A stretch of DNA of 64,000 bases from Trichoplax sp. H2 (lineage: Eukaryota): assembly GCA_003344405.1 (NCBI GenBank), contig NOWV01000021.1:1-64000 (forward strand), given 5' to 3'. A program made the position numbers and the translations under genes. The notes below the pieces were generated by a model. It had not been told where the DNA came from and ran no database searches. It worked only from the letters and a program-made list of their open reading frames with translations. Positions 27,614 through 41,767 of the stretch are shown piece after piece. Position 1 is the stretch's first letter. Every line of letters begins with the position of its first letter.

Positions 27614-30524
27614 TCAGTTTTTATTATGGACAGATTGTAATCTAGTTTTTTTAGGTTTTACATTTCTTTTAATATCCTGCTTTTGCTTTTTAAGATTTTT
27701 TCTTTTTTCTTTCCGTTTAATTCTCAATTTTGCTGCTTGCTGGGCGTGCTTTTTACTGCTCGACTCTCCAGAGAATTTAAAAGGACCCTGTGTTTTCTTC
27801 TAAATCGAATATATAAATGATATTTAGACTTTACTTTGGTAATTGGAATCCTTAGTACAGTACAGATATTTATGATTTTAACCTTTGATGTAGGCTGTTT
27901 TGATGATCGAAATACACGAAGATTATTGGTTTTATTAAAGGCCGAACCATGTAACTTTAAGGCCATGATTAAACTTTCGTTAGACTGTAAATAATAAATG
28001 TTGGGTAAGTGAACATCTGCGGTAGGAACTAAGCAAAGGGATTAACAATGATGCACATCTGTAATAGTGCGATGTCAATTTAACATGCCTTAAAGGTAAC
28101 AAACCCAAAACCTTTACCCATGCCAGTTTTAGGATCTCTAATAATACGAATGGTTTCGACTTCACCACATGAATGGAAATGATCACGAAGTGATTCATCT
28201 TGGACATCTTAACGTTTAAAAATGGTAGAGATTATCTGTTACATACGATACCCTTCGCATATAATAACGGTATAAACTACAAGATTAACAATATATGAAA
28301 TGGTTATTTTACCCAAAGGCAAGTTGCCGACGAATATCGACCTTTTATGGTCATGCTGAAAGTAACGTACAGTAAAATAAATAAATGCTGCATTATGTAA
28401 AGATATCGCAAAGGCGTTCAGTATTCTGAAGCACACAAGATATTTCATTGTTGACATACCTTCTTTGAATTTGAGGCTACATCAACTCTGATATGACGAT
28501 TTAAAAGCTCTATGCCATTGCTGCAGTACATACATTATACAATATTAGGATTCTACCCTTATGAGAAGGATCTGCTGATAATCATGTGGTTATAATAGTA
28601 GTTACTAGCCTTTCCATTGCACTTTGAGCAACTTCCTTGGTTTCAAAAACAATGTATGCATTCATTGACTGACCCTGGCTGTGAAATTTTTTCCTGCCAT
28701 GAATTTTAATTGGAAGAACATGAGCAGATTAATCGATAACTTAAGCAATGATATTGCATAGACACTTACTACGGTATTCAATAATGTGTCTAGTAATGGA
28801 TTCATATGATATATAACATTAAGAAATTACCGTATAGTTGTAAGTAAAATAACATGGCGTATCTAAACTTAAAACTGCATAGATAAGAGCATTAAATGTG
28901 AACTCACTTGATAAATGCTGTCTTTTTCGACATATTTGATTCAGCAACAGGCTAAATAAGAGCCAAATGTTAACCTTTTCGAAGTTACTGATTATAAGAG
29001 AATTATAATTCCTTGATAGGCATTAAGCTTACTATTGATCTAAATCTTATAGATTCGATATTGCCATATCTGGAAAATAGCTTTTTCACGTCCTAATTAG
29101 TTTATGAGGTTATTTAAAAAAAAATCGTCATATTAAAGAGAGTCCAAAAAACTAGAGACGATCTGTAGATTGGTACTCTATATAAAAGTAGTAATCAAGA
29201 ATATTGGCCTTGTCATAAAGGCCGTAACCAGCAATCGCCCATGTTACCTTAGATTTGCAATGCAATGGCAAATTTCCAACGAATATAGTTCGGTCATTTC
29301 TTTCATCACTAGGTAATACCATAGTTATACATAGGATATTCTATTCAGTGACTAGAATATCAAGTCTTGCATTATAGACGTATCGTTCACTTTACCTATC
29401 TGAAGGGGTTTTAGTAACGTTCTGTTGCTTTTCTGCTTGTTGATTTGCATCCTTACTAACATGTTCTTTATTCTTTGCAGCTGCAAAATCGTCACTTACT
29501 GTTAGTAAAATAACTTTTGGCTAATTTAAGTTAACAGCAAGGAGCTATATAGAGTAATATGATGATAACATGTCGTGCAACTAGGTCAAAAAGATGAATT
29601 TTTGATTATACTCTGATTCTATCTAACTCGATCATAATAAAATTTCAAGTGATAACATACTGCATACAGTAGCGCACAGAATGATTAAATTATGATTGGA
29701 ATTGCATGTACTGATAAGAAATAGCTTAAGAGTCTCCCTTTAATAATTGGTGTCAATAATTCGTATCTACCACTACTCCGTTTTCCCTTGTTAGTTTACT
29801 CCTCAAGAAAATAAATCAAATAACATGCATGCTAAGGTATAATAGAAAATGACCTTTGAGCTGCTTTGCGTGCATCTGATCATACTTCGATGTTGGAGGA
29901 TCCAAAAATTCTACTGTAACTTTCTTAGATTTGTTGCTATCGTCGAATAACTTTGCGAGTGAGGTGCGTTTTGCTTTTGCTTTTTTCTTGTTATTTTGGG
30001 GAAACACTGCATCGCAGATTGAGCCAATCCGGTAATCATAATTATTTATTGAGAAATATTCAGGTAATACATCCTATAATTGTCATCATTATGAATGGTT
30101 ATAGTTGGATAGTTAGATCAATGCTATCTTATTCTTTGCAAATACAGTGTATTTGCAAATAATAATATACCTATAATATATTGCAAAAATTAATACGATT
30201 ATACGAATCGAGCTTGATGAGTGGATTGGCAGTACTACACTGAACCAGTTCATTAATTTAGTCAGTAGACGAAATATGATCAGGATGCATATGAATTATT
30301 GCATAGTATACTCAAATTTTCTGTTACTTTGGTTATGCATTATGCAATATTATCATCAGGCAACTGTAGATTGCTACATCCAGGGTACTACCGTAATCTG
30401 GGCGTAATATTTCTACTTATGATTACTAGCTGGATGTAACACAACGAGGATAGAGCGGAACAAAATGTATCACTTGGATATTCATATGGCTTACCTTTTT
30501 CGATTTCGATGATGTGCTAGCCAT
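27614..30524 (-). CDS. RBM34: RNA-binding protein 34 (Nop12-like, two RRMs, Lys-rich ends); multi-exon
   Basis: RRM1 [14 protein letters not shown]...IESIRFRS...[15 protein letters not shown]...HIRVD, RRM2 [14 protein letters not shown]...[11 protein letters not shown], and a basic C-terminal tail ending ...QSVHNKN*. First exon [15 protein letters not shown] at 30524-30495. Confidence 0.9.
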
Positions 30525-31069
30525 CTTGTTTTTATTGGCCTAATTCTACGGTATAACGAGATTGGATTGGTTCTTATTTTACTTCTGATAATTAACATGG
30601 TAGCAATGCAACTTTGAAAGTGCTTGCGAAACATTCCCTATGACGCTCGTGTACTGTGGTACTGTATGAAACGAAATGCTTTTCAAGATTCATCGAAAGA
30701 ATAAATGCAGCATACCTTTACAATTAGAAAGTCCAAGTATTCCTCCAGTAAGTCTTGGCTCTACGTAGTGAATTACTAAACAATGATGGATTTCTACTAC
30801 AGAATTAAGCTGCAGAAATTGATGGATTCAGAATGCAATCGCTCTTCTTCTTCAGCGAGTACCTGCTGCTCTGCGCGTGCGTAATGGGCATCGGTGCATC
30901 ATGTCATAAGGGTACTCATGTGTCTGCCAGGGGAATGCTAGCTTTGCAATTAGTTTGTTGAATACAGTATGTGTACTTTATATCTTTATGACTGATGACT
31001 GGTACACGATACAGTCGTACAGCGCTTAGGACCATGGACTTTTGGAATACAGTAAGAAAAATTCTGACA

Positions 31070-31195
31070 CATACAGTACAGTACTGTACTGTACTCGACA
31101 CCCTATAGTGTACAGTACGTCATAATACTCTACAACATGTACTGTACTGTACGGTACCGTGTACAGTGTACAGTGTACAGTATACAGTACGGTAA
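31070..31195. repeat. (ACAGT/ACTGT)n array between the divergent RBM34 and orphan genes
   Basis: Runs such as acagtacagtactgtactgtac and gtgtacagtgtacagtgtacag. Confidence 0.85.
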
Positions 31196-31384
31196 CCTGA
31201 ATGAATTCGGGTGGAGACGTCGAGTCCTCTTCGCGTTCAACCTGGTTTAACCATTTGTACGGCAAAGAATTGAGCGATCGCCACTCGCGCTGCCCATAAA
31301 CGTCCAAACTAGCAATCAAATCGTCCAATTCTTTCAGTTAATTCACCCCAATTTATTGTAGCTGTTTACCAAAAGAAGTCTAAA

Positions 31385-32700
31385 ATGTCATCAAGTCTTT
31401 TACAGCAGGTAATGACTGTAAATGAATCGTCATCGATGTAATATAGGAGACAATACGATCAGTACAACATTAGGATTTTACTGTACAATGTACATAGCAG
31501 TTTGAGTAGTAAACACTATCTCTGGTAAACTTTTGTTGAAATATTCTCGATCGAAAGTAGCCCAACCACGATATACATGTTAACGCTGCCATTCGCTACT
31601 GTCTTGTATGTAGTTTAAAAGTATAAGATTAAATGGACAACTTCAACTACAGTAATAGAATTGAGTAATAAGTGTAGTTCAAGTACTATACATTGAATCA
31701 TTTCTCGAGTACACTAAGTGTCATTATTGCAGCGATTGATTGATACGACACCTATTTGAAAGTATATTGCTATTATAATTATTATTATAGTTAGCGCTAT
31801 TGGCTTATATCAACGGTGATCCACGTGGAAAAGATCTTTATAATGCTACTGTTGGTGTAAATTTAGCCATGAATTTACATCAAAAATTCAAATCGTCTAC
31901 CAAAGGAGATGCATTAAGGGTAAGATTTTTCGTGTAATGTTTGCAGCATGACTTGATTACGCCAATAACACTTATTATTTTCCTTTTAAATCTTAAATCG
32001 CTCTAAGTAGAAATTTGCGTCGAAAAATCTGATAACCTTGTTATTATATTGTACTTCTATGATGCAATTCTTAGTTTTTGATAGACTAAAGTCAATAGGT
32101 ATAGCGAAAAATATCTCCGAAAGTAGTGTTTGTTGCCAACAAAAATTTCAGTGGTTGAGATACTAATGTCAGCCGTACTGTACGCAGTCTAGTGCTGCAA
32201 TCAGCTGTATTGTACAGTAGTATATAGGTACTGCATTCATAGAGCGATACAAATTCGAGTATACAGAAGTAAAGTATCATACAGTATTAACTGTGTTGCT
32301 TAGTGACTGCAGTTCTACTCTACACTCTCATTAAAATCTTCCAATTTTTTCAACTTTCTCTACTTCTGTCATTCAAATACTGCACTTGTACTGTATATTC
32401 GGAAGTGACAATTACCAAGACTGTACGCATTAATACCTGAAATCGATAGAAAAATTAGTTACCAAATCATTATGCTAGATTAGTATTACTAATGACATTA
32501 TTTCGGTAGTTGTTTTGCAACTTTGCGATGGTTTAATGGATGCTCAATTGCTTATTTGTTTTACCGATTAACTTACTTAGGCGGTAGCAGTCAACGGTGT
32601 TACTGAATATATTAAACATCACCCTAACGCTAGCGAGGAACAGATAGCCGCAGAAGTTGTACGTCAAATTTCGGAATTTGTCAAGGCGTATCGTTCATAA
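31385..32700 (+). CDS. Small uncharacterised 90-aa protein; 3 exons
   Basis: Exons 31385-31408, 31791-31919, 32581-32700, all phase 0 with GT-AG sites, giving MSSSLLQQLALLAYINGDPRGKDLYNATVGVNLAMNLHQKFKSSTKGDALRAVAVNGVTEYIKHHPNASEEQIAAEVVRQISEFVKAYRS*. Confidence 0.75.
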
Positions 32701-35436
32701 TTGTACATAGGTCAACAGCTTTCTTCGTATTTGGGATAGATTTCGATGTTCATTGTAACCGATGAAAACTAGAACTCAAACAATATTTAAAAAATATGAG
32801 TGTTCACTATAAAGTGCGCATATTTACACTACGCAACATCATTCTTAATACCGGTGCTGTGTAGATTAAATAGCCCTTACTGAAATCCTTCAGTAATCAA
32901 ATTTAATATTATAACTTTACTGTACAGTTTCTCCTATTATTATCTCTTAAATCGTAATAATCCTGGATATATAATCATTAGTTGCTGATATGCTCATATA
33001 AAGTCATATATAACTTAGGTAGATGTTACTATGTCACGTACTGTATTTGCAAGATCATCTTACTTGACAAATGCCTCTATCAAGATATGTTGATTCAGTT
33101 GATGAACAGAGATTTTAAATAGATTTACTATTAATAAAATTGATGAAACAATACTATGGATCTAACATTAATTTTGGATTCAGATCAAGACTTTTATGTT
33201 TATGACATAAAAACATGCACATTTTTTCATTGTATTGAAATACGTAGATTAATTTCATAGATGTAGGCTGATACAACACGAAGCTAGATATCTTCGTCTG
33301 TCAATTTACAGTTGCTAAATGTGATCTAAAGTTTGTAGCTAGCTAGTGCAGGTGCGCCACATTCGTAGCAGAGGGTAGATTAGGACAGAACCGTTGAGAG
33401 AGCGGAGTAGATCATTTTAATCAATATTCGCCCATAGATTTTAGATTGTACTGAATCGAAGCTTTAAGAATTAATATGCAGATTTGTACAGTAATATAGT
33501 TAAATATCACTTGTATAAATTAAACTGTACGTAAGATTGTTATATAAGCCTAAATTGTTAAAGAATTCTTGTTATATCCATTAATGGAACTTAGATATGG
33601 GATAAATTCTTGTCGTTAAATGCTTTTGCCAATGAGGTTTTTGCGATCTGAAATTCTTGCTCTTATAATGTGACTATCAGCTAAGATACATATACACGTA
33701 TAGTACACCTAATCCTGGATAGAATTCACCTTTGTCTTACATCTCAATAACCAGGTGATTAAATAGAATTCTGAATATCACACTCTAAATTCACCTGTCT
33801 TATAGTTTATCAGCAGAGATGAAAGATCCTCTGTGCTATATAATGTCCGTAGTTACTCTGGCAATTAACGCTATCGACTTAAGCATGATAAGTTTATACC
33901 ATTTCCCGCCTTGCCCATTTATTCCATCTTGCCTGATTAATGCAGATTTTATTTTCTCAAGCTACAACGTGAATTTAGAAAATTGAGTAGATCATAAGCT
34001 GTGATTTCACATAGTTTATTAATCACAATACTCGATTAATAGGTGGCAAGACGTTTTGAGATACTGAACGATGATATTGATATCGTAGACTGTATATAGC
34101 TTGAATCAATATGGCGTTTGAAGTATAGCATATAATACTGATCTATAGTGATAGATGTACCTACAGGTCAATATTGATAAAATCATCTTATTTAATTGGG
34201 TTAGTTCAATTTAAGATATGAATGGAATCCTCTTTTTGTTATGAATTTGGTGATTTGCTTATTCAAATCAAAGTTGAAATCCGTAGGCATCACATCACAG
34301 CGATATCCAGAATGCAAGGTACCGGCTCTGAATAACAACTTGAAAGGCAGCTAAATTAAGTCTAACATCATGTTTGGATTATTTAACGCTAAATATTGTA
34401 TACCACAAAATATTATCACTGTAAAGAGTATTTCCTTGATTGTATCAGCGCCAAATAAATAGAAAAAAAAGTCAAAGTCCTATTCCAACTCCGAATACTG
34501 AGACGTCAATAACGATGAAAATAGATGAATTAATGTACTTCCTTCGGATACAGAGAAAGAAAATGTCTAACTGTCAAAGTACTTATTCAAACTATTGGCT
34601 ACCATTCAATACTTTACGTAGTTTTTGGCTGGTAATTGCCGGCATGACTACGCACTACTGTCATTGAAATACCATATGGAAATGCTAATACAATACTTTT
34701 ATCGTAATATAGCAAACATTATTAATAATTGTTATTATAGTATGTAGTGGATGCCGTCCTTATCTCTTTTTTAACGAAAGAGTATTTTTGGTTCTGATTG
34801 ATTTTACCACAGCTAAAAGAGATGCTAAAAAAAATAATTCGGTACAAGAGAAATAAATTTTAACGTGGTCAATTTAGTATCAGCGTCCTAGGAGAATGAT
34901 CACTTTTAAAACAGAGATGCTATTATCGTCTAGCTGCGAATACTCTAATAGAATAGATAATCAATACTCATTATAATAATAATGATCGCTATATCCATAT
35001 AAATGTGTCTAACATTTTAGTAAAATGCAGTCATAAGCAATGAAATATTTGCTGTTCATTTTACATTTATTGTCTACTTTGGATGCCTTTCAAAATGACG
35101 TCAGAAAGGAAAAACACAGGTGGTGTTGCTATCGTCTTTTGATATTAGGGTAGAGCATGAGCATTGAAAAAATAAATACAAAATACTCTCGAACAATGAA
35201 TTCACAAGCTTGGCCAGAGTCAATTCCTACGCGATTAGCGTAGACTTTCTTCCATAGTATCATCAAGTTACGTAGTAGCTTTGATGTAGTTACGTATGTA
35301 TGTTGTTTCTATCAGTTACAATCAACTATTCGTTTAGAACAACTAGTCGTAGTTTGCCTTGTTGTTGAGGCTAATATTAGCTTATTTTATAGTAGCTATT
35401 ACAGTCGATAAAATCTATTTCTAAATTATCGTAAAA

Positions 35437-37795
<2,359 letters not shown>

Positions 37796-39450
37796 GTAAA
37801 AGTTATCCACTTGGCTCGTTTTTAATCCAATCACTTTGAATTCCCGAAGTAGCAGCAATTACTTAATATATAATACAATAATCTAGAACGAAACTTTTAT
37901 TTTAATTTTCAATCGAATGGTTAATATCGTAAGAAGGAAATAATTCTATCCTATTTAATACTGTCGTATAGATTGAAAGCATGTAATTAACAACGCTCCA
38001 CTCATCATAAGTGAAATATCGATTGATGATAGTGTTGATTCTTACGCTAGATAATTAATCCGCTTTTTAGATAGCAATAATTGCCCATTACGCGTACGTA
38101 TCGAAAATCAACAAATAGAAAGAGATGTACATTCATAGCGATTATATTTTTGGGTTGTTCATTTGAAAGAATATCTTGTTGAATACTATTAAACATAAGA
38201 TATGGTTGAATAAAGTAAGAAATCATCTTAATTACAATTTAAGTATAATGCATTATAGATATTAATTTTTACCTCATTGATATTCCTATCTAAAATGCAA
38301 GACTTGTTATTGAATACAAATACTAGAAATTTCCTACATGCAGGTATCGATAATTTTTGTTTTATGGCCTATTCTCCCATTTTGTGCATATTAATGGTAA
38401 CTATCGGAAAATTTTATTGTTAAAATTTATTAAAGTGTCTAATAGAAATACTCCTACAACATTAGTAGTTCTATTTTACTGTGAGATTCAGATAATATAA
38501 ATGATTGAATGACGTACTTGTAGGCATACGGTAGGTATTAATGCATCTACAGACTACTAAAAATTCAATTTCCCTAACAAATGTTGGCTTCTTTTATACT
38601 TGAGAATCTTGTCATTGCTACTATGTAGTATTATAATATACTGTAAGATTAAAGATGAATATTTGAGCTATTTTGTACCCGTAATTTTAAAATCGAACCG
38701 AACCGAAGCTTACCATAAGTTAGTCATAAAGCAAAATTGAGGCCAACTCATTGCAGATATTTTATAATACACTTTCACAATAATAATCGATTGTTCAATA
38801 TAGTTAGCATCATTTATTTGATGATAAAAAATTGGCACTATTTATGGATGAATTAAAGTGCTTAGTGTATACTGATGATAACAATATATCTTTAAAAGGC
38901 ATATACATTATGTAATGTACAGGTCAAAATATCGCATAAATCTTTCTTGAAATCAGCAACTGCGGATGTTATTGAGATCTTCACTTACAATATCACTTCT
39001 TATTCATCTCATCACTATGTTTCTACCATCACAAAATCTAAAAAGAGGTGATGGCTGATCTGTCAATATGAACTGTCGAATACCGCAGTATCCCTAAGTT
39101 ATCTCCCAAGACAGTAGTCTCTATCGTTAACATTTCATCCAATATCCTAGTTTGTTAATGTCATAAAGTGGTAATACTGCAATCAATTCTAGTAAAATCA
39201 GTAGGTTAGCTTTATTATATAGCATTACCAAAGCATTATAAATTCTTTTATTGATTTATATTACAAGTTCAACATTAAGAAAATTAACACAGCTAAGTTT
39301 TGGGTCAATCATTCAAAGCTGTACAAATCAGTAGAACAGTAACATTTGCTACGTTTATAATATGCGTACAACAATGACTGCCAAAATAGTAATACAGTAG
39401 AGTAATCATGATAGTAATATTAATTTATGGAAACGTCTTAGCATTTATGG

Positions 39451-39977
39451 TTATTTCTGTGAGGCTATAGACTCAGTCACTTGCTGTTGATGCTCCTGAA
39501 ATCGAAGCATAATCCGTTGTGTCATTTTTAAATACTTCTCCGTACAGTTTAAAGCACAGCCGATCTATTGAGCAAGTAGATGAATGATATTAAAAGTTAG
39601 TTGCAAACGCACATTATGATAGTCCGATATAGTACTATAGCATAGAACTAATGTCTATCTTTGCCTATCTAGTGTGATAGATATTTTACCTCCAAACTTG
39701 AAATCTTTCGACTACTAAAGTCGTGTACACAATCACTAAAACATGATTCGGATAATTTATTGTATGAAGCTAGAAAGTCGCGGAACTTCAATGTCGAAAA
39801 AATAGATTTCAGTTAGTAATAATTAGACCAGAATGTTGTTCTAAATGAATAATTTATGTCAGAGCTTGGTTGGCACTTTCTGTAGAAATACCTTCAATAT
39901 GCATATACAGTACTGTACTTGTTAACGATATTTAGACCTACCTGTCTCATATTTACGTCGTCTTGGCCGGCATTCAT
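39451..39977 (-). CDS. TIMM9: Mitochondrial intermembrane-space chaperone Tim9; 3 coding exons, 81 aa (absent from ORF track)
   Basis: Exons 39977-39942, 39785-39690, 39564-39451: MNAGQDDVNMRQFRDFLASYNKLSESCFSDCVHDFSSRKISSLEIGCALNCTEKYLKMTQRIMLRFQEHQQQVTESIASQK*. Twin CX3C motif and Tim9-specific KYLKMTQRI. Confidence 0.96.
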
Positions 39978-40999
39978 GTTTGCAATATCCTAATTCCTTT
40001 GATCAGTGATAGTGAAATAAAAATAAATTTTATTACGAAACGTATATACCTAAACGATCAAGCCATTTTAAACTAGCGGTCTTCTTCTTGCACCTATTGT
40101 CAATGAGCTTGTCTAAGTCAATTAAGGCACTACAGAGATTACAGAGATGGTACAGTATAATACTGGAAAATGACCATAGTGTACTAAATCCTAAAGGATA
40201 CTGAGGTGATTGGACATTGAATGATGTCCATCCAGGTTTATCATTGGCAATTGCATGCTTCAATTATACACAGGTATACAGTATTATACAGTAGGAGGTG
40301 ATCATAAACACCTGACGATCGTCGCCAGTACTTGCAACAGAATAATCAGGCTCGGGGATTTACGAACGATGATCATTTCAATGGACATACGGATAGTACT
40401 CTAGCGTGGTGTAAGCCCAACGAAAGCATATCTTTGCATGTTTGCAATGGCACAAGATTGTAACCTGGATTGAAGCCAGTAGAATACACAGATCAGATCA
40501 GATCCGAATAAAGAACGGTACTACAGCACTGTAGTAGGCTGCAATAGGCATCCTACGACATTGGTACAGTATGTTCTTTTTACTGTTGATAATTGTAAAA
40601 GAAGAGATAGTAAGATCATTTTAATGAGCACGAATGCGCTGCTGAGCACGTCGGTCAATCTTGGGAGTAATCGTTGGCGTTCAATCTTTGCAGTGTGCTT
40701 GGCAAACCGCTTTCGCCTTTGGCAACGATTACATCCACGTCAAGTTGCATTTCAGGAGCGGTCAATGGCAATATAATGACTTACCTCAAATATCCTATAA
40801 CTGGTTAATATGGGTACAGCAAAATGGCTAAAATTGTCTACCAAAATTTCTTGTAAGTGATGAGATGAATATCGTAAGGTGTTGTTGTACTTGTACAGTA
40901 TGATTGACTGGCGTGTCGACAGCGTGTGTGCACTGCGCAGATCATAGCAGAATACTCTACTGTACAGTATTACCACGATGTCGCACACAAAGGTTTTAC

Positions 41000-41572
41000 A
41001 ATGTACAGTTACTACAGTACCATAGTGTACAGTGTACAGTACAGTATATTACAGTACAGTACTGTACACTGTACACATGACTGACTACCGAGCACAGTAC
41101 AGTACAGTATACAGTACAGTACACTGAGTACAGTATCAGTGAAGGGAACGGAAAGAGAGTCGAGGCATCTACAGTACAGTACACTGTACACATGACCGAT
41201 TATCGAGCACAGTACTGTACTGTACTGTACACTGTACAGTACTGTATCCGTCAACGGAACGGAACGGAAATCGAGTCACCTACAGTACAGTACAGTACAG
41301 TATTACACCGTAATCGTGTACTGTACACTGTACACATGACCGACTACCGAGCACTGTACTGTACAGTACACTGAGTACAGTACAGTATACTGTATCAGTG
41401 AACGGAACGGAAATACAGTACAGTACAGTACAGTACAGTACAGTCGAGTCACCTACAGGCTACAGTACAGTACAGTGTACAGTACACATGACCGGCTACC
41501 GAGCACTGTACAGTACATACTGTACAGTAACATCATACTGTACTGTACTGTACTGTACTGTAACTGTAATAC
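41000..41572. repeat. (ACAGT/ACTGT)n array with higher-order repeat cores between TIMM9 and KIAA0586
   Basis: Pentamer runs interleaved with CACATGACYGRYTAYCGAGCAC at 41074, 41189, 41333, 41485 and a GAACGGAAA...GAGTC core at ~41134, 41245, 41393. Confidence 0.93.
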
Positions 41573-41767
41573 GATCAGTGCAAAGCGTTCGTGTGGAACG
41601 GTTACATCTTCAATCCATTCGCGCGTCTAAAGGCCCATTTAAAAAAAAATATTATTCATATAAAGTTGATAATTGACCAAGACTCAAGGATCAAGATGCT
41701 GGCGAAACATTCAAAGTGATCCATGTCTTCATTCTACAATATCTTAAGCTAGCTCACTTTAATAATA

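Noticed and set aside
30993..31068. Possible C/D box snoRNA (TGATGA...CTGA) on the + strand
   Set aside because: No recognisable rRNA/snRNA guide, weak terminal stem and no plus-strand host intron; it reads better as a minus-strand splice acceptor region.
33628..33640. GCCAATGAGGTTT, matching part of U4 snRNA
   Set aside because: Only a 13-nt match; flanks, stem-loops and the Sm site of U4 are absent.
40180..40425. RNase MRP-like words (AAATCCCCG, GGGCTTAC) on the minus strand
   Set aside because: The two elements are in the wrong order for the P4 helix and other conserved regions are missing.
41070..41510. CRISPR-like look: 22-bp repeats with variable spacers
   Set aside because: Spacers are 90-130 bp of microsatellite plus a second repeated core, not unique sequence; eukaryotic context and no cas genes.
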